A stretch of 33,967 nucleotides of DNA from an uncultured Bacteroidales bacterium (GCA_905236195.1 CAJOOX010000039.1:1-33967); one strand, 5' to 3'; shown: positions 1 to 9,534, numbered from the stretch's first letter. Notes: generated by a model from the sequence alone, not told the origin. Numbers and translations are program-made.

Positions 1-892
1 CCAGATAAATTTTGTCCACCTTGCCCAATCCCTGAATTCCTCCAGTGCTGCCGCGTAGCTGCCCCACAAGACCGGCTTTCTCCAGCCAAGCACACAGGTC
101 GGCAACGATGTTGCGCGAAACTTCCAATTGTGCCCCTAACTGCGAAAAATTCGGCTTGAACGGAGCCGTCTGAGCCACTATTGCCAACAGGCGTTTCAGT
201 TTCCGTATTGTGGATGCCGTCAAATCTGCATACTGTGCGATATCTGCTTCCAAAGTGGTGTTGACTATCTGCATGATATAACGCTCGAAGTTATCATCAC
301 GAAACGGATAATATCCCCGATTCAGATAATCAGAAAAATGCTGCAATGGCAGGAATCCCTGAGGTAAGGTCACTTGCTGACCGATTATCTGCTGAAGATT
401 ATAAACCGGAATATCTATATGATGGAATAGTGTGAGATATTCGCGATATGAGAGACCCTGCATTTCGTAAACCAGCACTCGACGGCTCAAGTCGGATACC
501 CCTTTGGATATATCCAGCACCGAAGAACCTGTGAAAAACACATGCAGTTCCGAATGATAGTCGCTAATAAGCTTCAGTTCACGTGACCATCCCGAATATT
601 TGTGAATCTCATCGATGATGAAATACTTACCGCCAACTTTTGAAAAAGCATCGGCAAGGTCCAATAGTGTATGTTGTGAAAAATATAAATCCTCGGCCAC
701 AACATATAGAGTCTCCTGTCGTGGAAGATTCTCTTTGATGTATTGCAGCATCATAGTTGTCTTACCTACACCACGCGGCCCCATCAGCCCTATCATTTGG
801 GCACGCCAATCAATGAGATGGTACATATACCGATGGAACGCAGAGGGCGTTTCACGTAAGAGCTTGTCGAAAGTGGATTGCAGTCTTTGCAT
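1..892 (-). CDS. AAA+ ATPase of the AAA_14/DUF4143 type (N-terminal ~297 codons; the C-terminus lies beyond the left window edge)
   Basis: Missing from the ORF track because no stop codon lies in-window. Hand translation of the reverse strand from ATG (complement of 890-892) gives MQRLQSTFDKLLRETPSAFHRYMYHLIDWRAQMIGLMGPRGVGKTTMMLQYIKENLPRQETLYVVAEDLYF...KYFIIDEIHKYSGW. The parts I translated showed no stop, and the frame checked codon by codon over nt 61-1 ends ...QLRGSTGGIQGLGKVDKIYL. Walker A GPRGVGKTT and Walker B-like IIDEIH are present. Confidence 0.8.
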   Translation of the reverse strand, partial: MQRLQSTFDKLLRETPSAFHRYMYHLIDWRAQMIGLMGPRGVGKTTMMLQYIKENLPRQETLYVVAEDLYFSQHTLLDLADAFSKVGGKYFIIDEIHKYSGWSRELKLISDYHSELHVFFTGSSVLDISKGVSDLSRRVLVYEMQGLSYREYLTLFHHIDIPVYNLQQIIGQQVTLPQGFLPLQHFSDYLNRGYYPFRDDNFERYIMQIVNTTLEADIAQYADLTASTIRKLKRLLAIVAQTAPFKPNFSQLGAQLEVSRNIVADLCAWLEKAGLVGQLRGSTGGIQGLGKVDKIYL

Positions 893-928
893 ATATTAAT
901 GGGATTTCAAAACTACTGATAATCGCTG

Positions 929-936
929 CAAAGATA
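929..936 (-). promoter_or_regulatory. Candidate Bacteroidota -7 promoter box (TATCTTTG on the minus strand) for the AAA+ ATPase gene
   Basis: The plus strand reads caaagata at 929-936, which is TATCTTTG on the minus strand and matches TAnnTTTG. It lies ~37 nt upstream of the ATG at 892. No well-spaced -33 TTTG was seen. Confidence 0.4.
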
Positions 937-948
937 TGGAAAATTTTC

Positions 949-1009
949 AAAACTGCACTAAACTCAGTGCACTTTTTTATTAAAACTGCACTAAATTCAG
1001 TGCAGTTTT
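949..1009. repeat. Two tandem copies (33-bp period) of an 11-bp-stem inverted repeat, AAAACTGCACT-N6-AGTGCA(G/C)TTTT
   Basis: Copy 1 is 949-976: aaaactgcact aaactc agtgcactttt, with one stem mismatch, followed by tttt. Copy 2 is 982-1009: aaaactgcact aaattc agtgcagtttt, a perfect 11-bp stem. The pair lies between the miaA stop (1057) and the ATPase promoter and start. It could be a terminator pair for miaA or an operator. Confidence 0.6.
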
Positions 1010-1056
1010 GACGATTTTGACCCCAAAACTATAAAAATAGACGGAATTTTCGGAAT

Positions 1057-1956
1057 TTATACCTCGCTGTTTATAAACGAAATGATATCTTCCATCCGGT
1101 CGGGATGGAACCAATGGATCGAAAAATCCCGCTGAAACCAGGTCATTTGCTTTTTGCTGTAGATGTGGGTGTTGTGGCAGATGCGCTCCTCAGCCTGCGG
1201 AAGGGTATAGACACCATCGAAATAGAGAAACATCTCCTTCAGTCCGACGGTATTGAGACTGTTGAGGTGACGCAGGGGAAAGACACGGCGCGCCTCTTCG
1301 ATGAGACCGGTGTCCAGCATCTGACGCACACGCCGGTCAATACGTGCATAGAGTTCGGGACGTTCGCGACGAAGACCGATCTGCAGGATACGGAAAGGAC
1401 GCTCCTTGCGCACACCCGTATGGAACGATGAAAACGGTTTGCCGGTCGAGAGGCACATTTCCACGCCGTGAATCACACGTTGAGGGTTGCGTTTGTCCAC
1501 CCGGTCGTAATAGACAGGATCCAGCAGACGGAGCTGGGCGAGGATGGAATCGAGGCCCTCGGCCTCATACTGCCGGCGCACCGATGCCCGTATCTCGGGT
1601 TCGACATCCGGCATATCGTCGATCCCTTTCACCACAGCATCGATGTAGAGCATCGACCCGCCCGACATGACCAGCACATCGTGAGAACGGAACTCCTCTT
1701 CAATCACCTTGAGTGCCTCGGTCTCATACTGGGCCGCCGAGAAGTATTCATCCAATGCCCGAGTACCCACAAAATAATGCTTCACCCGCGCCAGCTCTTC
1801 TGCCGTCGGGGCCGCCGTACAGACAGGAATGTCCCGGAAAATCTGCCGTGAGTCGGCATTGACAATGGGAGACGCGAACCGTTCCGCAATGCGGAGCGAG
1901 AGTTCGGTCTTGCCCACCGCTGTGGGGCCGAGTATGACGATAAGAGTCTTTTTCAA
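1057..1956 (-). CDS. miaA: tRNA dimethylallyltransferase (tRNA isopentenyltransferase)
   Basis: The 299-aa ORF has the N-terminal P-loop LIVILGPTAVGKTELS and the MiaA-typical IVNADSRQIFRDIPVCTAAPT and GGSMLYIDAV motifs. The only in-frame start after the upstream stop is TTG (complement of 1954-1956). Confidence 0.93.
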   Translation of the reverse strand: MKKTLIVILGPTAVGKTELSLRIAERFASPIVNADSRQIFRDIPVCTAAPTAEELARVKHYFVGTRALDEYFSAAQYETEALKVIEEEFRSHDVLVMSGGSMLYIDAVVKGIDDMPDVEPEIRASVRRQYEAEGLDSILAQLRLLDPVYYDRVDKRNPQRVIHGVEMCLSTGKPFSSFHTGVRKERPFRILQIGLRRERPELYARIDRRVRQMLDTGLIEEARRVFPLRHLNSLNTVGLKEMFLYFDGVYTLPQAEERICHNTHIYSKKQMTWFQRDFSIHWFHPDRMEDIISFINSEV

Positions 1957-1997
1957 GTTGAGAGTTTAGAGTTTATAATTCTATAGTCTAAAGTCAA

Positions 1998-3383
1998 TTA
2001 GTCTTCAGTCTGTTCCTCGTCCAGACGGTCTTCCCACAGATAATACCTCGTTTCACGCACCAGCACTCCGCTGAGGGCCAGGAGACAAATCAGGTTGGGA
2101 ATCGCCATGAGAGCATTGGCCGTATCGCCGAAGTTCCACACCAGTTCAAGCGCCCAGTTGGCACCGGCAAACGTGGCCAGGATAAGCAGGATGCGATAGA
2201 TGAACTGTGCAGCCTTGTAGTGGGACCCGAACAGATATTCCAACGCTTTTTCACCGTAATAGGCCCATCCCAATATGGTCGAAAACGAAAACGTGAAAAT
2301 CGCAATGGTCAGCAGCAGTTTGCCGACACCGATGCCGCCTATGTAAAGGGGAATCTGGTCAAAGGCTCGCTGGGTCAATGCTGCCGACGCGGAAGAATCA
2401 ATTCCGTTATCAGCCATGATGGCGATGACGATGACGAGTCCTGTCATGGCGCAGACCACCACGGTGTCCCAAAAGACCGATGACGAAAGCACAAGGGCCT
2501 GACGTACGGGATTGCGGGTCTGGGCTGCTGCAGCCACAATAGGAGCGCTGCCCATGCCGGCCTCGTTACTGAAGAGACCTCGGGCTACACCGAAATGCAT
2601 CGCTATCATGATGGTGGAGCCCACAAAGCCGCCGCCGGCCGCCTCGTTGGTAAACGCACGCCGCACGATTTCAATGAGTGCATCGTCAATCCATTCAGCA
2701 TGAAGGACAAGGAGAACTACACAGCCCACCACATAGAAGACTGCCATGAAGGGAACCAATTTGTCACAGACGCGGGCAATGCCTTTGATACCGAAAAAAA
2801 CAACAGCGGCTATGAGAAGTGCGAGAACGAGGCCGATGACCAGCGGGTTCCAGCCGAAACTCTCGACCCCCACCGTCACAATGGCATTGCTCTGAATCAA
2901 ACATCCGATGCCGAAACTGGCCAGGAAGGTGCATACCGCAAAGGCCACCGCCAGCCAACGGCATTTCATTCCACGCTCGATAGCATACATGGGGCCGCCT
3001 ATCATTTCGCCGTCAGGTTTACGCACGCGGTATTTGATGGATAGCAGACCTTCGGCATATTTGGTGGCAATGCCCAGAATACCCGTCAGCCAGCACCAGA
3101 ACACGGCACCGGGACCGCCCATGACGACAGCGGTGGTCACACCGATGATATTGCCCGTACCAATGGTGGCCGCCATCGAAGTCATGAGGGCTGAAAACTG
3201 ACTCACATCGCCCGAGGAACCCTTGTCATGGGTCAGCGACAGTCGGATGGCCTTCCCCATATAGCGCTGTGGGAATCGCAGACGAACAGTCAGATAAAGG
3301 TGTGTCCCTACCAATAGGATAATCATGGGCCAGCCCCACAACCAGTTGTTGACCGAAGTGAAGAAATCGTTCAATGCTTCCAT
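1998..3383 (-). CDS. Alanine/glycine:cation symporter (AGCS family, sodium:alanine symporter)
   Basis: The 461-aa polytopic membrane ORF carries the AGCS signature SQFSALMTSMAATIGTGNIIGVTTAVVMGGPGAVFWCWLTGILGIATKYAE. ATG start at 3381-3383. Confidence 0.92.
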   Translation of the reverse strand: MEALNDFFTSVNNWLWGWPMIILLVGTHLYLTVRLRFPQRYMGKAIRLSLTHDKGSSGDVSQFSALMTSMAATIGTGNIIGVTTAVVMGGPGAVFWCWLTGILGIATKYAEGLLSIKYRVRKPDGEMIGGPMYAIERGMKCRWLAVAFAVCTFLASFGIGCLIQSNAIVTVGVESFGWNPLVIGLVLALLIAAVVFFGIKGIARVCDKLVPFMAVFYVVGCVVLLVLHAEWIDDALIEIVRRAFTNEAAGGGFVGSTIMIAMHFGVARGLFSNEAGMGSAPIVAAAAQTRNPVRQALVLSSSVFWDTVVVCAMTGLVIVIAIMADNGIDSSASAALTQRAFDQIPLYIGGIGVGKLLLTIAIFTFSFSTILGWAYYGEKALEYLFGSHYKAAQFIYRILLILATFAGANWALELVWNFGDTANALMAIPNLICLLALSGVLVRETRYYLWEDRLDEEQTED

Positions 3384-4180
3384 TCTTGTAATCTTGTGAT
3401 GAATTTGGCAACGCCGTCATCGTCGTTGCTTTCTGTTATAATATCTGCTGCAGCCAGCACATCGGCTTTCGCATTCCGAACCGCTACGCCCCTACCGGCC
3501 CAACGGATCATCGGAATATCATTCCACGCATCGCCTACAGCAATAAAATCGTTTCTATCGGCATCCAGATAGTCAGCCAGCCGCTGCAGCCCTGTCGCTT
3601 TGTCCAATCCATGAGGCACAAATTCGAGGAAGAAATCCTCCGAGCGGAAGAAATCACAGGGCACCTTTCGATTCCGCAGCTGTGCCTCCAGGACTGCGAG
3701 CCTCGAAGGCTCTCCTACAACGATGCATTTGGAGAGCGGTATTCCGGCCACAGCCTCTGCAAAACAGTCCACCCGACGGGGTGTCATTCGGTTGGCCCGG
3801 GCCGACTTGAGCACATAGGGAGAGTCGGGCGTCTCGGTGAGAATCTCATGTCCGACATAGGTCATGACCGAGAACGGAGGCTGTGAGACTTGACTGATGA
3901 AGGGGATTGCCTCAGCAGGCAGCGTCTCGCGGAACAGACACATGCGGTCGCTCCACCGCACAATCTCGCCTCCGTTGAAAGCCACCACCCAACCGTCGTA
4001 ACGGTCGAGTTGTAACAGATCTGCTACAGGTGCAATTCCGTTGACGGGACGTCCCGAGTCGATGATGATCCGTAACCAACCCTCCTGCTGCGCGGTCAAC
4101 ATGGTATCGAGCGTGAAGTGAGTCAGTGTCTTCTCGCTTGTGGTGAGCGTTCCGTCAAGATCAATCGCTATATATATCAT
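3371..4180 (-). CDS. Cof-type HAD-IIB family hydrolase (sugar-phosphate phosphatase-like)
   Basis: The 269-aa ORF has HAD motif I (IAIDLDGTLT) and motif IV (AVGDAWNDIPMIRWAG), with a cap region between them. Its 3' end overlaps the symporter start by 13 nt. Confidence 0.9.
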   Translation of the reverse strand: MIYIAIDLDGTLTTSEKTLTHFTLDTMLTAQQEGWLRIIIDSGRPVNGIAPVADLLQLDRYDGWVVAFNGGEIVRWSDRMCLFRETLPAEAIPFISQVSQPPFSVMTYVGHEILTETPDSPYVLKSARANRMTPRRVDCFAEAVAGIPLSKCIVVGEPSRLAVLEAQLRNRKVPCDFFRSEDFFLEFVPHGLDKATGLQRLADYLDADRNDFIAVGDAWNDIPMIRWAGRGVAVRNAKADVLAAADIITESNDDDGVAKFITRLQEWKH

Positions 4181-4191
4181 CAGACCAGTAT

Positions 4192-7100
4192 TTATTCATT
4201 ACCGTCGGGAAGGTCATCGTCAACAGAAAGCACTTCTGCTTCTTCCGTCCCGGCTCCGCCGATATCTGCCGACACTTCCCTATCGTTGAGAAGGCAGGAC
4301 AGTCCGTCCTGAGCACAGATGAAATCGATAAGGGTGGTGGAAACGTGGACTCGGGTGGGCGATGCCATTGTCACGTAATAGTCCTTAACCGGGTCAGATA
4401 ACTGAACGAAGAGGGAGGTCTGCGGATTGTTGTCTCTATTGGCATCCGCTATCTCCTCGCCCAACAGCTTAGCCGTTGCGGTGGACAGCTTGGATGCGTC
4501 AACAACCACAGTCATCTTACGGAGTAGCGTCTCGGCCACCTGGTCAAGCTGCTGTATCTGCTGTATCTGAAGTTCCCAATCGTCAGGTTTCTTGGGCTCG
4601 GCTCCGTGGAGGAACCATTTTGGTCCGAATTTGAGATGGAGCAGGACGTAGAGACCTTCCTTGCCGAAATTACGGTACTTGATAAAATCATCCCGCCAGA
4701 GCATCAGTTCGTACGAGCCCGTGTAATCCTCGATGGTAATGGCTCCGTAGTTGGCGCCTTTCTTGGTGTAACCTTCACGCCATTTCGTAACAATACCGCC
4801 GCAGACAATCTCCGTACGTGTAAAGAGGTTTTCGGGATGTTCGAATTCCGCCAACTTGGTGTTGCAGGCGTATTCGAGCTGGAACTTGTATTCGTCAAGC
4901 GGGTGGGCCGACAGATAGAGGCCGACAAATTCTTTTTCCTTGTTGAGACGTTCGAGCGTACTCATCGGCACACCTTCCGGAATCGCGGGATGGGCAATTT
5001 CGATGGCAGTTTCCCCAAAGTCGGAGAACAGCGAATTCTCGGCTTCCTGTTTGTCGGCCTGAAAACTCTGTCCATAACGCACCAGGGAATCGAGGAAGGA
5101 CTCCTTCAGATTGATGGCTCCGATATACTGATGACGTGCCACTCGTGCTGACAACGAGTCGAAGGCTCCGGAATAGACCAGGGCTTCGAAACACTTGCGG
5201 TTCACTTTGGAGAGGTCGATACGCTCGGCGAAGTTAAAGATGTCTGTATAGGGACCGTTGGCTTCGCGTTCGCGGACGATGGCTTCGGCAGCCCCCTCGC
5301 CCACACTCTTGATACCGGCCAGGCCGTAACGAAGTGCGCCTTCCTTATCCACGGAATAACGTTCACGCGAAAGGTTCACATCGGGACCTTTGACCTTGAG
5401 TCCCATCTTGTGACACTCGTCCATATACTTGGTGAGCGTGTTGATATCCTTGAGATTACGCGACAGCACAGCAGCCATGTACTCGGCGGGATAATGTGCT
5501 TTGAGATAGGCGGTCTGGTAGGCCACCCAGGAATAGCAGGCGGCATGCGACTTGTTGAAGGCGTAGGACGCGAACTTCTCCCAGTCGGCCCAGATCTTGT
5601 CGAGCACCTTGGGGTCGTAGCCGTGCCGTTTTCCGCCCTCGATGAACTTGGGCTTCATCTTATCGACGATGTCCTTTTTCTTCTTGCCCATCGCCTTGCG
5701 GAGCGCATCGCTCTCGCCGCGGGTGAAATCGGCCAGCAGACGGGACAGAAGCATGACCTGTTCCTGATAGACAGTGATGCCGTAGGTGTCCTTGAGATAC
5801 TGCTCCATACATGGAATGTCATACTTGATCTCCTCCTTGCCCGTTTTACGCGCGATAAAGGACGGAATATAGTCCATAGGCCCCGGACGGTAGAGGGCAT
5901 TCATGGCGATGAGGTCGCCGAAGACCGTGGGATGGAGTTCCTTGAGGTATTTCTGCATACCGGGCGATTCGAACTGGAAGGTGCCCACCGTGCGTCCCTC
6001 ACAATAGAGCTGATAGGTGAGCGGGTCGTCAATCGGGATGGTGTCGAGATCGATGACATCGCCTGTCGAGTGTTTGATATTGTCAAGAGCCTCGTTCATG
6101 ATGGAAAGGGTCTTCAGACCCAGGAAGTCCATCTTGATGAGACCGGTCGATTCGATGACGTGTCCGTCATACTGGGTTACGAGCAGTTTGGTTCCGTGGT
6201 CGTCGACAACGGAAACCGGCACCACATCGGTGATGGGTTTACCGCCGATAATCATACCGCACGCATGCACGCCCGTTCCTCGGACATTGCCTTCGAGCAT
6301 CTGGGCATACTTCATCGTATTGTAGATCTTGGGATCCTGACTCTCGCAGGCAGCCTGCAGTTCGCGGTTGATCTTGATGCAGTTTTTCAGATTGAGTTTG
6401 AGTGGCTTACCCTTCTCATCGACGGCATTGTCAGGCATGCGGTCGGGAATGAGACCGGCCAAATAGTTGGCCTGCGAAATGGGCACTTTTTCCACTCGTG
6501 CCACGTCCTTGAGAACCATCTTGGTGGCCATGGTGCCGTAGGTGATGATATGGGCCACGCAGTCGGCACCGTACTTGTCCTGCACCCATTCTATCACCCT
6601 GGCTCGACCGTCATCGTCGAAGTCCGTATCGATATCGGGTAGCGAAATTCGGTCGGGGTTGAGAAAACGTTCGAACAGGAGGTCATACTTCATGGGGTCG
6701 AGCTTGGTAATCCCCAGACAATAAGCCACCACGGAACCGGCAGCCGATCCACGGCCGGGACCTACCGAGACACCGAGTTCGTTGCGTGAGGCGTTGATAA
6801 AATCCTGTACAATAAGGAAGTAACCCGGAAAACCCATTGTCTTCATGACGTGAAGTTCGAAGAGAATACGTTCCTCGACCTCTTCTGAAAGCGGGTCACC
6901 ATAGAGGCGGTGGGCGCCGACCATAGTGAGGTGACGCAGGTAGTCGGCCTCGAACTTAATGCGGTAGAGTTTCTCGTAGCCGCCCAGTTTCCTGATTTTC
7001 TTTTCAGCTTCTTCCTGTGAAAGGACAACGTTACCGTGTTCATCGCGGGTAAACTCTTCAAAGAGCTGCTCCTCAGTGAACTTCTGCCGGTATTCCTCCT

Positions 7101-8037
7101 CTGTTCCGAAGCTGGCGGGAATGGCGAAGCTGGGCATGAGCGGAGGATTCTCGATGTCATATTCCTCCACTTTGTCCACAATCTCGACCGTATTGGCCAG
7201 CGCCTCAGGGATATCGGCGAAAATCTCGTTCATCTCGGCAGTTGTCTTGAACCACTCCTGCTTGGAATAACGCATACGCGTGGGGTCATCCAGATCCTTA
7301 CCGGTATTGAGACAGAGCAGGTGGTCGTGGGCCTCGGCATTCTCCTCGTCGACAAAGTGGACGTCGTTGGTACATATCAGTTTAACACCGTGTTTACGGG
7401 CCATCCCGACGAGCCAGGGATTCACCTTCGACTGAAGCACGTATGCTTCGCGATTGCTGTTGGGGTCCACACTGTGGTGACGCTGCAACTCGAGATAATA
7501 GTCTTCGCCAAAAAGCTCCTTGAACCATATGACGGCCTGTTCGGACTTCTGCTCCTCCCCTGCCAGGAAGAGTGCTGGCACTTCACCGGCAATACATGCA
7601 GAACAGCAAATCAGACCCTCGTGATATTTGACGAGCTGTTCGTGGTCAATACGCGGACGCATATAGAAACCATCGGTCCAGCCAATCGACACCAGCTTGA
7701 CAAGATTGTGATAACCGGTCTTGTTCTTGGCCAGCAGAATCAGATGCCAGCCGCTCATATCCTCCCTCGCAGAACGCTGGGCGAGGCTGCGACGCGCACA
7801 ATAGACCTCGCACCCGAAGATGGGTTTACAACGGGGCTTGCCCTCCTTTTCGAGGGCGGCATTCCTGGATTTGGCAATGTCGAAAAACTCCTTGATACCG
7901 AACATATTGCCGTGGTCGGTCACAGCCATGCCAGGCATACCGTCGTTGACCGCCTTATTGAAGATTTTGCTGATGTTGCACTGTCCGTCCAGAATAGAAT
8001 ATTGGGTATGGACATGCAGATGCGCGAATTTTTCCAT
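4192..8037 (-). CDS. dnaE: DNA polymerase III subunit alpha
   Basis: The 1281-aa ORF has an N-terminal PHP domain (FAHLHVHTQYSILDG), the polymerase core (GPGRGSAAGSVVAYCLGITKLDP, FERFLNPDRISLPDIDTDF) and an OB-fold region. Its ATG at 8035-8037 overlaps the upstream gene's stop (TAATG). Confidence 0.97.
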   Translation of the reverse strand: MEKFAHLHVHTQYSILDGQCNISKIFNKAVNDGMPGMAVTDHGNMFGIKEFFDIAKSRNAALEKEGKPRCKPIFGCEVYCARRSLAQRSAREDMSGWHLILLAKNKTGYHNLVKLVSIGWTDGFYMRPRIDHEQLVKYHEGLICCSACIAGEVPALFLAGEEQKSEQAVIWFKELFGEDYYLELQRHHSVDPNSNREAYVLQSKVNPWLVGMARKHGVKLICTNDVHFVDEENAEAHDHLLCLNTGKDLDDPTRMRYSKQEWFKTTAEMNEIFADIPEALANTVEIVDKVEEYDIENPPLMPSFAIPASFGTEEEYRQKFTEEQLFEEFTRDEHGNVVLSQEEAEKKIRKLGGYEKLYRIKFEADYLRHLTMVGAHRLYGDPLSEEVEERILFELHVMKTMGFPGYFLIVQDFINASRNELGVSVGPGRGSAAGSVVAYCLGITKLDPMKYDLLFERFLNPDRISLPDIDTDFDDDGRARVIEWVQDKYGADCVAHIITYGTMATKMVLKDVARVEKVPISQANYLAGLIPDRMPDNAVDEKGKPLKLNLKNCIKINRELQAACESQDPKIYNTMKYAQMLEGNVRGTGVHACGMIIGGKPITDVVPVSVVDDHGTKLLVTQYDGHVIESTGLIKMDFLGLKTLSIMNEALDNIKHSTGDVIDLDTIPIDDPLTYQLYCEGRTVGTFQFESPGMQKYLKELHPTVFGDLIAMNALYRPGPMDYIPSFIARKTGKEEIKYDIPCMEQYLKDTYGITVYQEQVMLLSRLLADFTRGESDALRKAMGKKKKDIVDKMKPKFIEGGKRHGYDPKVLDKIWADWEKFASYAFNKSHAACYSWVAYQTAYLKAHYPAEYMAAVLSRNLKDINTLTKYMDECHKMGLKVKGPDVNLSRERYSVDKEGALRYGLAGIKSVGEGAAEAIVREREANGPYTDIFNFAERIDLSKVNRKCFEALVYSGAFDSLSARVARHQYIGAINLKESFLDSLVRYGQSFQADKQEAENSLFSDFGETAIEIAHPAIPEGVPMSTLERLNKEKEFVGLYLSAHPLDEYKFQLEYACNTKLAEFEHPENLFTRTEIVCGGIVTKWREGYTKKGANYGAITIEDYTGSYELMLWRDDFIKYRNFGKEGLYVLLHLKFGPKWFLHGAEPKKPDDWELQIQQIQQLDQVAETLLRKMTVVVDASKLSTATAKLLGEEIADANRDNNPQTSLFVQLSDPVKDYYVTMASPTRVHVSTTLIDFICAQDGLSCLLNDREVSADIGGAGTEEAEVLSVDDDLPDGNE

Positions 8038-9422
8038 TAACGGATTGTTGTTTTCATTTTATTGATGTAGCGGATGAGCAGCCAGTTGGAGAGCAAGGCC
8101 GAAATAAAATCTGCAATGGGGTGTGTCCACCATACGCCGTTGACTCCATAGAACGGTGGCAATATAAGCAGCAACGGCAACAGGAACAGCAGCTGTCGGG
8201 TAGTGGAAAGAAAGACTGCAGTCTTAGCCTCACGCACCGATTGGAAGAAGGCGGTGATGATAATCTGTCCCCCCACAATGGGAAATGCCATCAGCATGAT
8301 GCGGAGAGCCGGAACAGAGGCATCAAGCATTGCAGCATCGGAGGTAAACATCATAGCCAGCTGACGGGGGAAAAAGGCGATGAGCAGATAGCCGGTCGCC
8401 ATGATGCCCGTAGCCCAACCGTAGGCATGCCATAGGGCTTGTGAGACGCGATTATAGAGTCTGGCTCCAAGATTGAACCCGACAATGGGACGCAGGCCCT
8501 GAGAAAAGCCCAGTGCCATCAGGAAGGCCAGCATCGAGATACGGTTCACAATCCCATAGACACCCACATAACGGTCGCCGTCCGCACCACCATGTTCCAT
8601 GAGGGCGCGGTTGATGAAAATGACTACAACGCAGCCGCAGACGTTGATAAAAAAGGGACTCATGCCGATGGCTATGATTTCACGAATCACCTTGCCGTTA
8701 AAAATCAACCCGAACTTCGAGAAGTGGACAAAATTCTCACGCTGCCAGAAATGATGAACCTCATACGAGAATGCCAGCAACTGTCCCAACACAGTGGCCA
8801 ATGCCGCCCCCCGCATACCCCAGCCGAAGCCGAAGATAAAGAGTGCATCCATAACGATATTGGCAAAGACGGCTATGAGCTGGGCTGTCATCGCTTTCTT
8901 GGGGTGTCCTGTCGATCGCATCTGGTCGTTCATGCCCAGAAAAGTGTGGGTGACGACATTGCCCAACAGGATAATCTGCATGTAGTCACGTGCAAAAGGC
9001 AGCGTGTTCTCCGAGGCACCGAACAGACGGAGCAGCGGATCCAGGAAAACAAGACCCAGCACCGTGATAATCAGTCCGATCGTCACATTCATTCTCAGCA
9101 TGTTGCCGAAGACGATCAGTGCAGCCTTCTGGTTGTTCTCGCCCATGCGAATGGAGGCCAGCGCTCCCGAACCGACACCCATCATGGCTCCGAAGGCCGA
9201 CGAGATATTCATCAGCGGGAAGGTAAGGGCCAGCCCGGCAATGGCAAGAGGACCGGCTCCGTGACCGATGAAAATCGAATCGCAGAGATTATAGATGGAG
9301 GACGCCGACATCGCAATAATGGACGGCGTGGCGTATTCGAGCAGCAACTTGCCGACCGGCTTGGTAGCCAGGTTATAAGACCGCGGATCGCTGAATCGAT
9401 TTTCTATATTTTCTTCTTCCAT
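8037..9422 (-). CDS. MATE family efflux transporter
   Basis: This is a 12-TM-like hydrophobic ORF with the typical MATE N-terminus (KLLLEYATPSIIAMSASSIYNLCDSIFIGHG). The ORF-track start at 9449 is a TTG that sits inside a -7 promoter box, so I place the start at the ATG at 9420-9422 (MEEENIENRF...). Confidence 0.88.
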   Translation of the reverse strand: MEEENIENRFSDPRSYNLATKPVGKLLLEYATPSIIAMSASSIYNLCDSIFIGHGAGPLAIAGLALTFPLMNISSAFGAMMGVGSGALASIRMGENNQKAALIVFGNMLRMNVTIGLIITVLGLVFLDPLLRLFGASENTLPFARDYMQIILLGNVVTHTFLGMNDQMRSTGHPKKAMTAQLIAVFANIVMDALFIFGFGWGMRGAALATVLGQLLAFSYEVHHFWQRENFVHFSKFGLIFNGKVIREIIAIGMSPFFINVCGCVVVIFINRALMEHGGADGDRYVGVYGIVNRISMLAFLMALGFSQGLRPIVGFNLGARLYNRVSQALWHAYGWATGIMATGYLLIAFFPRQLAMMFTSDAAMLDASVPALRIMLMAFPIVGGQIIITAFFQSVREAKTAVFLSTTRQLLFLLPLLLILPPFYGVNGVWWTHPIADFISALLSNWLLIRYINKMKTTIR

Positions 9423-9446
9423 AAAAACAACGTCAAAAGTTGGTCG

Positions 9447-9454
9447 CAAAGTTA
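9447..9454 (-). promoter_or_regulatory. Candidate -7 promoter box (TAACTTTG on the minus strand) for the MATE-dnaE-Cof-symporter(-miaA) transcription unit
   Basis: The plus strand reads caaagtta at 9447-9454, which is TAACTTTG on the minus strand and matches TAnnTTTG. It lies ~25 nt upstream of the ATG at 9422. Downstream genes overlap or have gaps of 11-41 nt. Confidence 0.5.
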
Positions 9455-9534
9455 CAAAATTATTCTCAAAAATGCAAGTAATTGACAGTTTTTTTTATTT
9501 TTTTTGCTCATTATCAATATTTCTTGCCAGTTTT

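Noticed and set aside
615-899. A 94-aa plus-strand ORF, the only ORF-track entry in the first kilobase.
   Set aside because: The opposite strand encodes a continuous AAA+ ATPase with Walker A and B motifs that the track omits for lack of an in-window stop. The plus-strand ORF is its antisense shadow.
936-983. A tiny ORF (MENFQNCTKLSALFY, 936-983) reading through the first palindrome, and a six-codon uORF (MKLHTL, 20509-20529) in the leader of the low-complexity gene.
   Set aside because: Both are too short to support from sequence alone, with no conservation information. The first is explained by the palindromic repeat itself.
5410-6642. Long antisense or alternative-frame ORFs inside dnaE (5410-6642, 7036-8040), MATE (8592-9485), the nucleotidyltransferase (18081-19079), prmA (19398-20222), the helicase (23540-24499) and the membrane protein (26856-27734).
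   Set aside because: Every real gene in this GC3-rich genome is shadowed by an open antisense frame. None of these shows recognisable motifs, and all overlap confidently assigned genes.
9423-9449. Longer N-terminal extensions proposed by the ORF track for MATE (TTG at 9449), prmA (start at 20429) and the FadL-like gene (TTG at 21914).
   Set aside because: The MATE and prmA extensions contain or lie upstream of the -7 promoter boxes (9447-9454, 20370-20377). For the barrel, the ATG at 21923 gives a canonical signal peptide. I chose the shorter ATG starts.
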